A DNA stretch of 64,000 nucleotides from Thermoanaerobaculia bacterium (GCA_963666565.1 OY762911.1:2080001-2144000), one strand, 5' to 3'; shown: positions 37,588 through 46,783, counted from the first letter of the stretch. Translations and numbers: made by a program. Notes: generated by a model not told the origin, from the letters alone.

Positions 37588-38886
37588 CTACCGGCGAAAA
37601 CCGAGGAGCCGCTCGGTTTCGTCGAGGAAGAAGTGCCGGAATCCTGGCGGCGCGTCGCCCAGGTTCGCCTGCCTGTCGACCCGGATGCCGTGCAACTCGG
37701 TGGACATCCGGTCGTCGGCTCTCTCGAAGTAGACGATTCCGAGATCGTCCGGGTCAACTTCCCCCGACATGACGGCGATGCGAAACCAGTCGGGGACGTG
37801 ATCGCTGTGCGACTCGACCAGAACCCGGCCTCCGCGTGAGGCGATCGACCGAACCAATGCCGCTTGAGCTCGCGGATGCAGGTGGGCTTCCGGCTGCTGC
37901 AGGAGGATTGTTGCCTCCTCCGGCGCCGAGGCGATCGCTTGGAGCAACGGCAGCGCACTCTGGATGCCGAAGCCGACATGGACCAGGTTGTAGGGTTCAC
38001 CCGAAGCGTTGGCCCAGACTTCGTAGTGACCCAACGCTCCCCGCCGCACCTCCAGGTCGCTGAAGATCCCCAACTTCCTGCCCAGTTCGCGGATCTCCTC
38101 CAGCGTGTGTGCGTCTACGTTCCGACCGAACGGGTTCGACCCATAGGCGGGCCTGCGTTCCCATCCGTCCGGGTCGTTGTTCGCGATGACCAACGCGCGT
38201 TCGGGGGTACGCAAAGGAACGTTCCGGCGAAAGAAGTTGACGAATCCGGCAAACATTCTGTCCGATTCCGGCGTCGGGTCGCCCGTCTGCTTTCGCCGGA
38301 GCGTGAGATTTCCGTCATATGGCAGATGGCCTCGCATCACGGACCGTGACAGCCAGGTGCTGGGCTGCGCATAGGAAACGGACGACTGCGCGAAGTCGAA
38401 CTCGAAGCCCGGTCCGACGACGCGCCAGGTTTCGTCGTCTTCGGAGGAGGATCGGTCGACGCGAATGACCTTGAAAGCTGGCCCGTCTTCGCCGTCCGTC
38501 GCGAAACGGAGCTCCAGCTCGCGCTCTCGTGGTTCGCCGTTGGCGCCCCTGTCGTACGTGACGCGGATCCGGTCGTAGTGGTGGTCCCGCAACGTGGCTT
38601 CGAGAGAAAACGTCGCCGACCCGGAGCGGGCCATGGCCGCGAAGGAGTCCATCCAGAACGGAGGCCGGGCGAAGTGGTTCTCGTCGTCCAAGTCGTCCCA
38701 GGTGGAGCGTTCCCGATCCCACTTCTGCAGGTTCGCCACATGCGCAAGCCCCTGCAGGCATCCGAGAAAGGTCGACTTGCCCGCGCTGTTTTCGCCCACG
38801 AGCACCGTGATGCGGGGCAGTTCAGCCTGATGGGTGCCCGCGAAGCAGCGGACGTCGGTCAGAGAGAGCTGGGTCAGTGCGCTCAT
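37588..38886 (-). CDS. ABC-type ATPase with DUF3696-like C-terminus
   Basis: VRCF, GENSAGKST, VGFGIQSALP, LLQQPEAHLHP, VESHSDH, C-terminal PPGF..FF; ATG 38886 overlaps the upstream stop. Confidence 0.85.
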   Translation of the reverse strand: MSALTQLSLTDVRCFAGTHQAELPRITVLVGENSAGKSTFLGCLQGLAHVANLQKWDRERSTWDDLDDENHFARPPFWMDSFAAMARSGSATFSLEATLRDHHYDRIRVTYDRGANGEPRERELELRFATDGEDGPAFKVIRVDRSSSEDDETWRVVGPGFEFDFAQSSVSYAQPSTWLSRSVMRGHLPYDGNLTLRRKQTGDPTPESDRMFAGFVNFFRRNVPLRTPERALVIANNDPDGWERRPAYGSNPFGRNVDAHTLEEIRELGRKLGIFSDLEVRRGALGHYEVWANASGEPYNLVHVGFGIQSALPLLQAIASAPEEATILLQQPEAHLHPRAQAALVRSIASRGGRVLVESHSDHVPDWFRIAVMSGEVDPDDLGIVYFERADDRMSTELHGIRVDRQANLGDAPPGFRHFFLDETERLLGFRR

Positions 38887-40361
38887 GGTCCGGAAGGTCC
38901 CGTGAGTCTTCGCAGGAACCGTTGCAGCCGTATCACGAGCCCGGGAGCGCCGGAGGCCGGCGCTTCCGCCCCAGGCTGGGCCTGTTCGTCCAGGAACGGG
39001 TACACCGCCCGGTCCCCCAGTGCCGTTCGGGCCTCTACTTCGCACCGTTCGCGGCACCGCTCGTCCGCGACGCCGAGCGTCCCCGGCACGTAGCTGTAGT
39101 GGAGCTTGCCCGCGTCCTGCGGCCACCAGTCGTCGCCGACCACCATGCGCAGCATCTCCAGGGTCATCAGGCTGGCGAGGTTGGCGCTGAACGGGAACAC
39201 GTTCTGGTTCGTCGGCTTGCCGCCAGCCATCCTGGCGAGGTAGGCGGGGTCGTCCAGGGAGCCGTCCCGCTCGAGCACGACGTCCGACGTCGTGTACTGT
39301 CCGTCGCAGCGCAGGCAACGGCGTTCCGGCCCCGAGCGGACCACGCTCCAGGTCGCCTGGCCGAGCGTGCCGTCCTTCTTCGTGTCGACGAAGACCCCTC
39401 CGAAGACGACGGGAATACAGTGGGCGTAGGCGATGTGGTTCATCAGGTCCTTCGGCAGGGGGCGGTCGACGCAGGAGAACAGGATGTCGCAGTCGAGCGC
39501 GGCGGAGAAACAGTCGCGCTGCTGCAGCCAGCCGGCGTGGGCGTCCACCCGGAACCCGGCGGCCGTCGCCGAGCGGCGCAACCCGTCGGCGGCGAGTTCC
39601 ACCTTGAGCCGACCCACGTCGTTCTCGCCAGCGTACAGGAGGCGGTCGAGGTTGTGCGCCTCCACTCGGTCGGCATCCACGAGGACGACGCGCTCGACGC
39701 CGATGCGCGCCAGCGTCTCCGCCACCAGGCAGCCCACGCTGCCCAGTCCCACGACGCCGACTCGCAGGCGCGCCAGGTCGGCCTGGCGGGCGGCGCCCCA
39801 GGTGTCGATGGTCCGCCTCAGGGCGCGGCGCCGCTCCGGCGGGGGCGCCAGTTCGTCGTTGCAGGTGAGCCTCATGCGACGACCGACAACGCGCACCTTT
39901 CGGCACCACGTTCGCTCGAATCCGCTGGCGGTCCGATCCCAGAAACGCGCGCTCCAGGCCTCGTCCGTGCCGAGGGTGAGCCCCACGAGGGGCAGGTGGG
40001 TCGCTCGCGCCGGCGCGGCGATGCGGTCGCGTTCGGCGCTCACGTCCTCCCGGCTCATTCCCTGCCAGCCGGGGCTGGGGTGGCTGTGGAGGAAGGCCAG
40101 CCCCGCCTCTTTCTCGCAGGCCAGGCGCACGGCGCGCGACAGGTAGTCGGCTTCGAAGCTCGCGCCGCCGTGGAGCGCTCGTTCTCCTTTCCGCGGGAGG
40201 ATCAACTCCGAGACCAGCGCCGTCGTCCGGCTCGCGCCCCGGCTGGGATTCCAGAGCGCGAAGCAGAGGTCCTCCTGCCTCCTCCCCGCGCGCAAGTGGG
40301 CCAGCAGGTGCTTGCAGGCGGCTTCGTGAACCGGTTCGGCGAGCGCGGCTTCGAAGTTCAC
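38883..40361 (-). CDS. JAB peptidase - E1/ThiF adenylyltransferase fusion
   Basis: JAB E...HSHP...S..D; ThiF GLGSVG, DADRVEAHNLDR, SCVD, Zn-binding CLRC and CRERC; GTG start overlaps the E2 stop. Confidence 0.88.
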   Translation of the reverse strand: MNFEAALAEPVHEAACKHLLAHLRAGRRQEDLCFALWNPSRGASRTTALVSELILPRKGERALHGGASFEADYLSRAVRLACEKEAGLAFLHSHPSPGWQGMSREDVSAERDRIAAPARATHLPLVGLTLGTDEAWSARFWDRTASGFERTWCRKVRVVGRRMRLTCNDELAPPPERRRALRRTIDTWGAARQADLARLRVGVVGLGSVGCLVAETLARIGVERVVLVDADRVEAHNLDRLLYAGENDVGRLKVELAADGLRRSATAAGFRVDAHAGWLQQRDCFSAALDCDILFSCVDRPLPKDLMNHIAYAHCIPVVFGGVFVDTKKDGTLGQATWSVVRSGPERRCLRCDGQYTTSDVVLERDGSLDDPAYLARMAGGKPTNQNVFPFSANLASLMTLEMLRMVVGDDWWPQDAGKLHYSYVPGTLGVADERCRERCEVEARTALGDRAVYPFLDEQAQPGAEAPASGAPGLVIRLQRFLRRLTGPSGP

Positions 40362-40732
40362 AGTTGCTCCAGAACGCGCAGGAGGTGGCGCCTGACGTAG
40401 GTTCGCATGTTCTTCTGGGACGGCTCCAGCGTGTCCCAGAAGTCGCTTGGAGGGAAGCTGAACGCCCACCACCGGGCGCCTTCGAACTCGTGCTCCGAGT
40501 GCTTCGTAAAATGCGTGCCTTCCAGGTTGCGAAAGTGAATGAAGTGCGGCGGATACTCCGGGTAGGCATCTTCCTGGAAGCTCAGCCCGATAAGAAGCGT
40601 CCGTCCCTTGAAACGACCGTTCTCGACGTGGAAGGGAAAGATGACTCCCGCTTCCCCGGCGCCGTTCCAGGACTCGACGACGCGGGCTTCGAATCCGAGT
40701 TCCCTCAGTTCGCGGGCGACCTCTTCAAGCAC
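40358..40732 (-). CDS. prokaryotic E2/UBC-like protein (no cysteine)
   Basis: 124 aa with YPEYPPHFIH and WWAFSF, located between the Ubl and E1 genes. Confidence 0.72.
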   Translation of the reverse strand: MLEEVARELRELGFEARVVESWNGAGEAGVIFPFHVENGRFKGRTLLIGLSFQEDAYPEYPPHFIHFRNLEGTHFTKHSEHEFEGARWWAFSFPPSDFWDTLEPSQKNMRTYVRRHLLRVLEQL

Positions 40733-40736
40733 GGGC

Positions 40737-41195
40737 TCAGGCGACAGGCGTTCGTCCGGCGTGAAGCGCCACGAACTGGTCGCCGTCCGCGATCGGCACT
40801 TCGTCGCCGAGGTTCTCGTACCGGGCTCCGGTGCGGACGTTGTCCAGGTAGTAGCTCTCCAGCTCGCTCGTGTCGATCGCGGCCTCCGAACCGGCCCGCC
40901 GCAGGATCTCCTCCAGCGTCAACGGCGTCTTCGCCGTCACCTGGCGCTCGCCGTTCACGGTGTACCGGATCCGCGTCCCCACGGGATCCGGCGGCGCCTG
41001 CCCTGGCCTGGCCCCGAACGCGTCGCCGTCCCGCAGGTCGACCTCGGCGGCCGGGTCGGTCCACTTCTCTCCGGTTTCCACGCGCACGAGCACGGCGCCC
41101 GTCGAGTCGATGCCCGCCTGCTCCAGGAGCCACGCGACCGTGACCGGACTCCGCGGAGACGTGAACCTGCGGTCGTTGATCGTGAAGCGGTACAT
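40737..41195 (-). CDS. multi-ubiquitin domain protein (two beta-grasp repeats)
   Basis: Repeats FTINDR...TVAWLL..AG...VDLRDGDAF and YTVNGE...TLEEIL..AG...VPIADGDQF; ends G-RTPVA; GAGG upstream of ATG 41195. Confidence 0.8.
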   Translation of the reverse strand: MYRFTINDRRFTSPRSPVTVAWLLEQAGIDSTGAVLVRVETGEKWTDPAAEVDLRDGDAFGARPGQAPPDPVGTRIRYTVNGERQVTAKTPLTLEEILRRAGSEAAIDTSELESYYLDNVRTGARYENLGDEVPIADGDQFVALHAGRTPVA

Positions 41196-41394
41196 GCTGG
41201 CTGTCGCCTCGATTCTGGCGGCCTGTACTTCGTCGGCCGTGAGTGGCCCGTTGGGCTGACGCGACTCTTCTTCGACTGGCCGTCGTTCTGCGGCGAGACT
41301 ATACCGGCCGTGAGGCCGGGGGCCGGACATCTCAGGCCTTCCGCCGCGGGCGGGAGCCGACTGGCGCCGTGGGCTTGCGCTGTAGATTCCGGCC

Positions 41395-41919
41395 ATGCCG
41401 TCCGAGCGCAAGATCCTCGTCATCGCCGGGCCGAACGGGGCCGGGAAGACCACCTTCGCCAGGGAGTACCTGCCGTTCGAGCCGGCGTGTCCGATCTTCG
41501 TCAACGCCGACCTGATCGCGGCGGGCGTCTCGCCGTTGAACCCGGAAGCGGCGGCGTTCCGGGCTGGCCGCCTGATGCTGGAGGAGATCGACCGCCACGC
41601 GAGGCAAGGCAGGAGCTTCGCCTTCGAGACGACCCTGGCCGGGCTCGGCTACGTGCGGAGGATCCGGCGCTGGCGGAGATCGGGCTACGTCGTCAAGCTG
41701 ATCTACCTGCCCCTCGCGACGCCCGAGGAAGCGCTCAGCCGCGTGGAGCAGCGAGTGAAGCAGGGCGGCCATCGGATTCCTGAAGATCTCGTCCGGCGGC
41801 GCTTCGACAGGAGCGTGGCGAACTTCCGGAAGGTCTACCGCGATCTCGTAGACTTCTGGGTAGTCGTTGACCGGCGAGGTCGCAGATTGGTCGTTGTCGG
41901 GGAGGGAGCAAACCAGTGA
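41395..41919 (+). CDS. zeta-toxin-like P-loop protein
   Basis: IAGPNGAGKTT, VNADLIA, FAFETTL, RV..RV.QGGH.IPE. Confidence 0.88.
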   Translation: MPSERKILVIAGPNGAGKTTFAREYLPFEPACPIFVNADLIAAGVSPLNPEAAAFRAGRLMLEEIDRHARQGRSFAFETTLAGLGYVRRIRRWRRSGYVVKLIYLPLATPEEALSRVEQRVKQGGHRIPEDLVRRRFDRSVANFRKVYRDLVDFWVVVDRRGRRLVVVGEGANQ

Positions 41920-42119
41920 GCGCGGAGAAAGAACAGCGTCCCGTGCTGAAGCTCGACGATCCCGACATCCAGGCGGTGCCTGCGGCGCTGGAACGCGCGG
42001 TCCGCCGCGCACACAGGGATGCGCACCGGCACGGCACCGGCGTTCTCGTGGTCGAGGACGGCAAGATGGTGGAGGTTCCCCCCGATCCGGCGCTGTACGA
42101 AGACGACAGGGCTCCGTAG
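41916..42119 (+). CDS. small partner protein of the zeta-like ATPase
   Basis: GTGA overlap; ALERAVRRA...VLVVEDGKMVEVPP. Confidence 0.75.
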   Translation: MSAEKEQRPVLKLDDPDIQAVPAALERAVRRAHRDAHRHGTGVLVVEDGKMVEVPPDPALYEDDRAP

Positions 42120-42172
42120 GCCGCCTCGCCTCGCCCGACCCGAGGCGCGGTGTTCCCCTGGAAGCGATTCAG

Positions 42173-42403
42173 ATGAAGCTGACCCTCACAGTGGATCGGG
42201 AAATCCTCCGGCGAGCCAGACTACGAGCGCTTCGGGAGCAGACGTCAGTGAATGCGGTGCTTCGGGGCCATCTCAAGGCGTACGCTGCGGTCGAATCGCG
42301 GCGATGCCGCGAGGCTGTCGACCGTCTCTTGAGGCTCTCACGAACCGCTGGCGCTGGCCGCGGAGCTGCCGCATGGACTCGCGACGAGCTCCACGAGCGG
42401 TGA
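42173..42403 (+). CDS. RHH-type (VapB-like) antitoxin, no toxin downstream
   Basis: MKLTLTVD.EILRRAR..A....TSVN...WTRDELHER. Confidence 0.8.
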   Translation: MKLTLTVDREILRRARLRALREQTSVNAVLRGHLKAYAAVESRRCREAVDRLLRLSRTAGAGRGAAAWTRDELHER

Positions 42404-42430
42404 GCGGGACTTGACGCTAAGGAGGGACGC

Positions 42431-43612
42431 ATGGCGCAGTTCACGGTCGCGGAATGGAAGTGCATCGAGGACGAACTGACGGCGAACCCCGGGAGGTACG
42501 GGTTTCCAGACAGGGTCTACGGCTCCGTCCTTCTGGGGTCGTTCAACGTCAGGAAGCTCGGGGCGGCGAAAGGCCGGAACAAGCGGACCTGGGAGTTCCT
42601 GGCCCGCATCTGCAAGCAGTTCGACCTCATCGCGATCCAGGAGGTGATGGACGATCTCGGCGGGATGCGCCGGTTGATGGAACTCTTGGGCCCGGACTTC
42701 GAGATGATCGTGTCGGACAAGACGGGCACCTTTCCCGGAGAGCCGGGTCTCGGAGAGCGGCTGGCCTTCGTCTACAACCGGCGTGTCGTCGTTCGCACCG
42801 AGGTTGCGACGGACATCACCTTCGACCGTTCAAAGATCCTCTCGACCCTGATCGCCAACCGCGACGACGTGCACGAGGCGCTCGACCCCATGGTCGCGTA
42901 CGAGAAGAAGCTCGCGTCTTGGCAGCGACACCGGCGGGGAAGACGGCCGCGGCGGCCGAAACTCAAGCTGCCGACCTTTCTGGCGTTCATCCGCGCTCCG
43001 TTCTGCGTGAGCTTCGAGGTTCCCGGACATCCGGGAACCGAGCCGTACCGGTTCATGGGCGTGAACGCTCACCTGTACTTCGGCAACTACATCGACGACC
43101 GGCGCCAGGAGTTCGACGCGCTGATGGACTGGATCGTGAGCCGCGTCGACGAGAACGACGCGACGTACTACCCGAACTTCTTCCTGTTCGGCGACCTGAA
43201 CCTGGACTACGACAACCCGGCCAAGGACCGCGACCGAGTGGAGCGACACCTGAAGCGCTTCGACGGGGAGAGCGCCGAAGGAGTGCGGGTCAACTTCCCG
43301 TTCCTCGACCCGCATCCCGGCCGCGAAACCGTGTTCCGAACGAACGCGCGCATGACCGAGACGTTCGATCAGATCGGCCTGTTCTTCCGGGACCAGAGGT
43401 TCCCGCCGTGCGACGTGAACGAAGACATGGGCAGCCGCCCGGAGGGACCGGACTACGGCGTCTTCGACTTCGTCGACCTCTTCGCGCAGGCCGTCTTGAA
43501 GAAGCCGTTCGCCGATCTGCAGAAGCAGGAGAAGACGGACCTCGTGAAGAGGTTCGAGCACAAGGTGAGCGATCACCTGCCGATTTGGATCCGGCTGCCA
43601 CTCCCGCGCTAG
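42431..43612 (+). CDS. endonuclease/exonuclease/phosphatase (DNase I-like) protein
   Basis: SFNV, DLIAIQEV, NAHL, GDLN, FDQI, SDHLPI; AGGAGG RBS. Confidence 0.9.
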   Translation: MAQFTVAEWKCIEDELTANPGRYGFPDRVYGSVLLGSFNVRKLGAAKGRNKRTWEFLARICKQFDLIAIQEVMDDLGGMRRLMELLGPDFEMIVSDKTGTFPGEPGLGERLAFVYNRRVVVRTEVATDITFDRSKILSTLIANRDDVHEALDPMVAYEKKLASWQRHRRGRRPRRPKLKLPTFLAFIRAPFCVSFEVPGHPGTEPYRFMGVNAHLYFGNYIDDRRQEFDALMDWIVSRVDENDATYYPNFFLFGDLNLDYDNPAKDRDRVERHLKRFDGESAEGVRVNFPFLDPHPGRETVFRTNARMTETFDQIGLFFRDQRFPPCDVNEDMGSRPEGPDYGVFDFVDLFAQAVLKKPFADLQKQEKTDLVKRFEHKVSDHLPIWIRLPLPR

Positions 43613-43721
43613 ATACACGAAGACCCATGCTGCAGCGTGGGCCTCGCAACGAGGGGTGGACCTGCGGCCTGCGAGCAGGTCGGCGGCGCCGCTGCGTTCC
43701 GTACGCCGGGCTGCCGTCGGT

Positions 43722-45818
43722 CTAACTGAATTGAGGGAGCCCAGCGTCGGCATTGGCCAGAGCGACGTCTTCAAACAGCCGTCGCCACGGTTCCCGAGCG
43801 GGCTCCGCCTGTCTGCTGTAGGGAACGTCCAGGTCCGGGTAGACCGCGCTCAATCGACCTCCCCAAAGTCCCTCGTTCTGTCGGGCTTCCTGCCGAAGCT
43901 TGGCGCGATCCCCGGGGGCAGCGAACGGGTAACCGAGCCACTTGTTCCAATGCCGATGTTGGGGGAACTCGGACCGCACTCGCGAGAACTCTTCCCGGTC
44001 GGGTCCGTGGCCGTTGATGCTTCTCGACAGCGCCAACAGCCGCGCGCTGTACGATGCCGGTCGTACGCTGAGCCACGAGTCCAGGCTCTCGTCTCGTTGC
44101 GGCGATGCGCCCGTCCGGCAGGCCACTACGAGCTCGAGCTCAGAGGTCGGCGGCGCCTGCGCGGCCCGGTCGCGAAGAACCGAGGCTTCGCTGGGCGGTG
44201 AGAAGTAGCGCTCCATGAGTTCCGTGCGGTTCCTCAGCGACGCGAGAACAGAACGGACTTGCGGCCCCATCTCCGGCTCAATCGCACGGTGTTGGAAGCC
44301 CACCGTGCGGAAGAACTGCTCGTCGTCGATGACCTTTCGAATCCGGTTCGCCAAGGGATCGTCGGTGTGGCGCATCGCCCTCTTCGATACCGCACTGCTC
44401 CACCGTTTCGTTCCCAGTAGGCGCGGCTCGATCACGTCGTTGGGGAAGTCCCGCGAAGTCTCTTTGAGCAAGTTCTCCGCCAATGTCAGCCGTTCTCTGT
44501 TTGCGAGCGCGACGATCAGCGCCGTTCTAGGCACCAGATTGTCGGGGAACCGCCGTACTGTCTCCCATCTGACATCGAGGGAAGTCTCGACGGCGCCCAC
44601 GGCCGCCAGGACCTTAGCCCAGAGGTCCCAGACGTACGAGTTACTGTTCTCGGCCTGCAGCGACTGAAGCGTCCAGTTGAGGATTTCCGTCAACTGCGCG
44701 CCGGACGGACTCTTGCGGAGCAGTCGGTCGCACAGATTGTGGGTGGTACGAACCGCGTAGTAGCTGTGGTGCGCGTAGCGGGCGTAGTTCCAGTGCCGGG
44801 TGAGCAGGGCACGCGCCTTGCGCCAGAGGCCATCGTCCAGGGCTTCGGCCGCATCCACCGCAAGAACCACCTCATCGAGCTCTGCTTTCCGTGGCAAGTA
44901 TGCGGATCGTCGCGCGGCCCGCGGCCGGTTCCCACGAGCAGGTACGTTGCGGCCAAGCCCGGTCTCGGGGACACACTGGCGTGGAAGGGCCAAGCGGAGC
45001 CAGTCGTTGTGCGCCACTGACCGGTGGCGCCCGAATCCGTGGAGGCTGCCCAATGCGCTCGCCCAGGTTTGCTTCCAGTGACTGTGATGCCGGGGATACA
45101 GGACAGTCAAAGTCGAGACGTGGCGCCGGAACTCGGCTCGCAGTTCGGAGGAATCCGTGCCGCGCTGCGACGACAAAGCGGCGAACCTCGCCAACGCCGT
45201 AGCGACCAGTCGCTCGGGCTGTACCTTGGTCGGGTCCGGGATCTTGCGGAGCCCGAGCAGCCCGATCTCGAGGCCGTCTTGCCAGTACGGGCCGGCCCAG
45301 GCCGCCTCCTCGCAAGAGGCGAACCACCTCGCCGCCAGCCGCTCGTCACGCTGGTGCTGCGCCAGGGCGAGGTCGAACTGCCGAAGGAGGTCGATGTCGT
45401 CGGGCCAGCGCAGGCTTCGAAACCGGTTGTCCCAAATGGCCACGTCGTCGATCAGGCGCGCCGGGGACGACGACAAGGGCAGGCGTGCGACCACGGCCAA
45501 CGCGTCGGAGAATTCGGCCACGTACGCTCGCGTACCGAAACGAGCGATTCGATCCGGTGGCCAGGTGCTGCGCTCTTCCAGCCACTCGATCAGCGCACCG
45601 TCGATGGTCTCCACCAGCGCATCGCGGCGAGAGCGCAACGCCTGCTGTGCTAGGAGGTCGGCAAGAAAGTCGGCCGGCTCGGCTAGCTGAAACGCGCCGC
45701 GCGCACCCCTGCCTTCCAGCAGGCTCGAGATGGCTGTGCCGGGATCGGACGACAGTGCTTCGGCCCAGGCCGCGAAGGTGCCGTCCGGACGGCGAGTCGA
45801 GTTTTCTTTGGCGACCAT
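43722..45818 (-). CDS. hypothetical ~700-aa helical/TPR-like protein
   Basis: Long ORF starting MVAKEN, 2 bp after the upstream gene; TPR-like NSYVWDLWAKVL...RRFPDN segment. Confidence 0.7.
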   Translation of the reverse strand: MVAKENSTRRPDGTFAAWAEALSSDPGTAISSLLEGRGARGAFQLAEPADFLADLLAQQALRSRRDALVETIDGALIEWLEERSTWPPDRIARFGTRAYVAEFSDALAVVARLPLSSSPARLIDDVAIWDNRFRSLRWPDDIDLLRQFDLALAQHQRDERLAARWFASCEEAAWAGPYWQDGLEIGLLGLRKIPDPTKVQPERLVATALARFAALSSQRGTDSSELRAEFRRHVSTLTVLYPRHHSHWKQTWASALGSLHGFGRHRSVAHNDWLRLALPRQCVPETGLGRNVPARGNRPRAARRSAYLPRKAELDEVVLAVDAAEALDDGLWRKARALLTRHWNYARYAHHSYYAVRTTHNLCDRLLRKSPSGAQLTEILNWTLQSLQAENSNSYVWDLWAKVLAAVGAVETSLDVRWETVRRFPDNLVPRTALIVALANRERLTLAENLLKETSRDFPNDVIEPRLLGTKRWSSAVSKRAMRHTDDPLANRIRKVIDDEQFFRTVGFQHRAIEPEMGPQVRSVLASLRNRTELMERYFSPPSEASVLRDRAAQAPPTSELELVVACRTGASPQRDESLDSWLSVRPASYSARLLALSRSINGHGPDREEFSRVRSEFPQHRHWNKWLGYPFAAPGDRAKLRQEARQNEGLWGGRLSAVYPDLDVPYSRQAEPAREPWRRLFEDVALANADAGLPQFS

Positions 45819-45820
45819 CG

Positions 45821-46783
45821 CTATGCCACGCAATCTGCCCCGTAGTCGGCGTTGCCCGGCGTACGGCGGAGGCACCGCAGATGCGTGTCCCTGAGCTGGT
45901 TGATTGCCGCGGGGTTCGAGTCCCGGCTTTCGCTCAACGTGCCCACCGCGACCCAGTGCTCGGGCCGATAGTCCATCCTGGCATGAATGAGCTCCGCTGC
46001 CAGATGAGTGCAATCCGATTCGGGCGCGAGTCCTACGGCGTGACCGACGTTCGAGAGCTTCGGAGCGCTGAAGTACGTGTTCGACATCGGAAGATCCAGC
46101 ACCGTCGGCGCGGCAAACACCGTGGCGCGTGGTTCAACTTCGGAGTAGACGTCCAGGACTTCCTGGACGCTGTACTTGAACAACGCCAAGGTCAGAGACT
46201 CCCCAGTGAAGTGGTGCGCGAGTCCGCATCGCTCGGAGAACACCCGGGGCCAGTCGGTACGGTGCTCCAGATCGGGGAACTCTGCGGCGAACGCGACGAA
46301 CCGAGGTCGCCCGTCAGCGAACTGCCGGTTGAGGAACCGCGTGAAGGCGGCAAGGGCGTCGTCGGTCGGCGAAGGAGTGCCGGTAGCCGTTGGGCCGGCG
46401 GGACGCTTGGCATGCCGGTTCGAGATCCACTGGCGGAGTCGGTCCACGCTGAGGGCTCCGGCAGCGTAGTCGTTGAGCGGTTTGTCTATCCGCTCGGCGC
46501 GGTAGAGTTCCTGGTTGGCTTCAAGGTGTGGCCTGAGCGCATCGCCAGGATCGAACGCGGCGCTCAGGGGGTGTCTGCGGCGCACGTCTACCTTGACGTA
46601 GCGGCGGTGCGCTGTACGCCAATCGTCCCAATTGGCCGGTCGGTCCATGCGGGCCTCGTAGACCGCTTGGCGGGGTGGGGAGACGCGTTCCTCCAGACAG
46701 AGGTTCGCCCACTCGGCGGCGGCTTCCTGCTCCGCGGGTACGGTCGCCATCAGGTCTGACAGGGCGGTGTCGGCGAAGTTCAT
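45821..46783 (-). CDS. hypothetical protein (possible ADP-ribosyltransferase-like fold)
   Basis: 320-aa ORF; LYR, RPRFVAF, RCGL.H, PTVLD, AELIH motifs. Confidence 0.7.
   Translation of the reverse strand: MNFADTALSDLMATVPAEQEAAAEWANLCLEERVSPPRQAVYEARMDRPANWDDWRTAHRRYVKVDVRRRHPLSAAFDPGDALRPHLEANQELYRAERIDKPLNDYAAGALSVDRLRQWISNRHAKRPAGPTATGTPSPTDDALAAFTRFLNRQFADGRPRFVAFAAEFPDLEHRTDWPRVFSERCGLAHHFTGESLTLALFKYSVQEVLDVYSEVEPRATVFAAPTVLDLPMSNTYFSAPKLSNVGHAVGLAPESDCTHLAAELIHARMDYRPEHWVAVGTLSESRDSNPAAINQLRDTHLRCLRRTPGNADYGADCVA

Noticed and set aside
38883-40361. MoeB/ThiF for cofactor biosynthesis, or CBASS Cap2/Cap3
   Set aside because: The neighbours are a di-Ubl and an E2-like gene, not MoaD/ThiS pathway genes, and no CD-NTase is in the window.
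38887-40569. N-terminal 560 aa of the 993-aa ORF as part of the ATPase
   Set aside because: It overlaps the JAB-E1 and E2 genes in another frame; the ATPase begins at ATG 38886, just before its Walker A.
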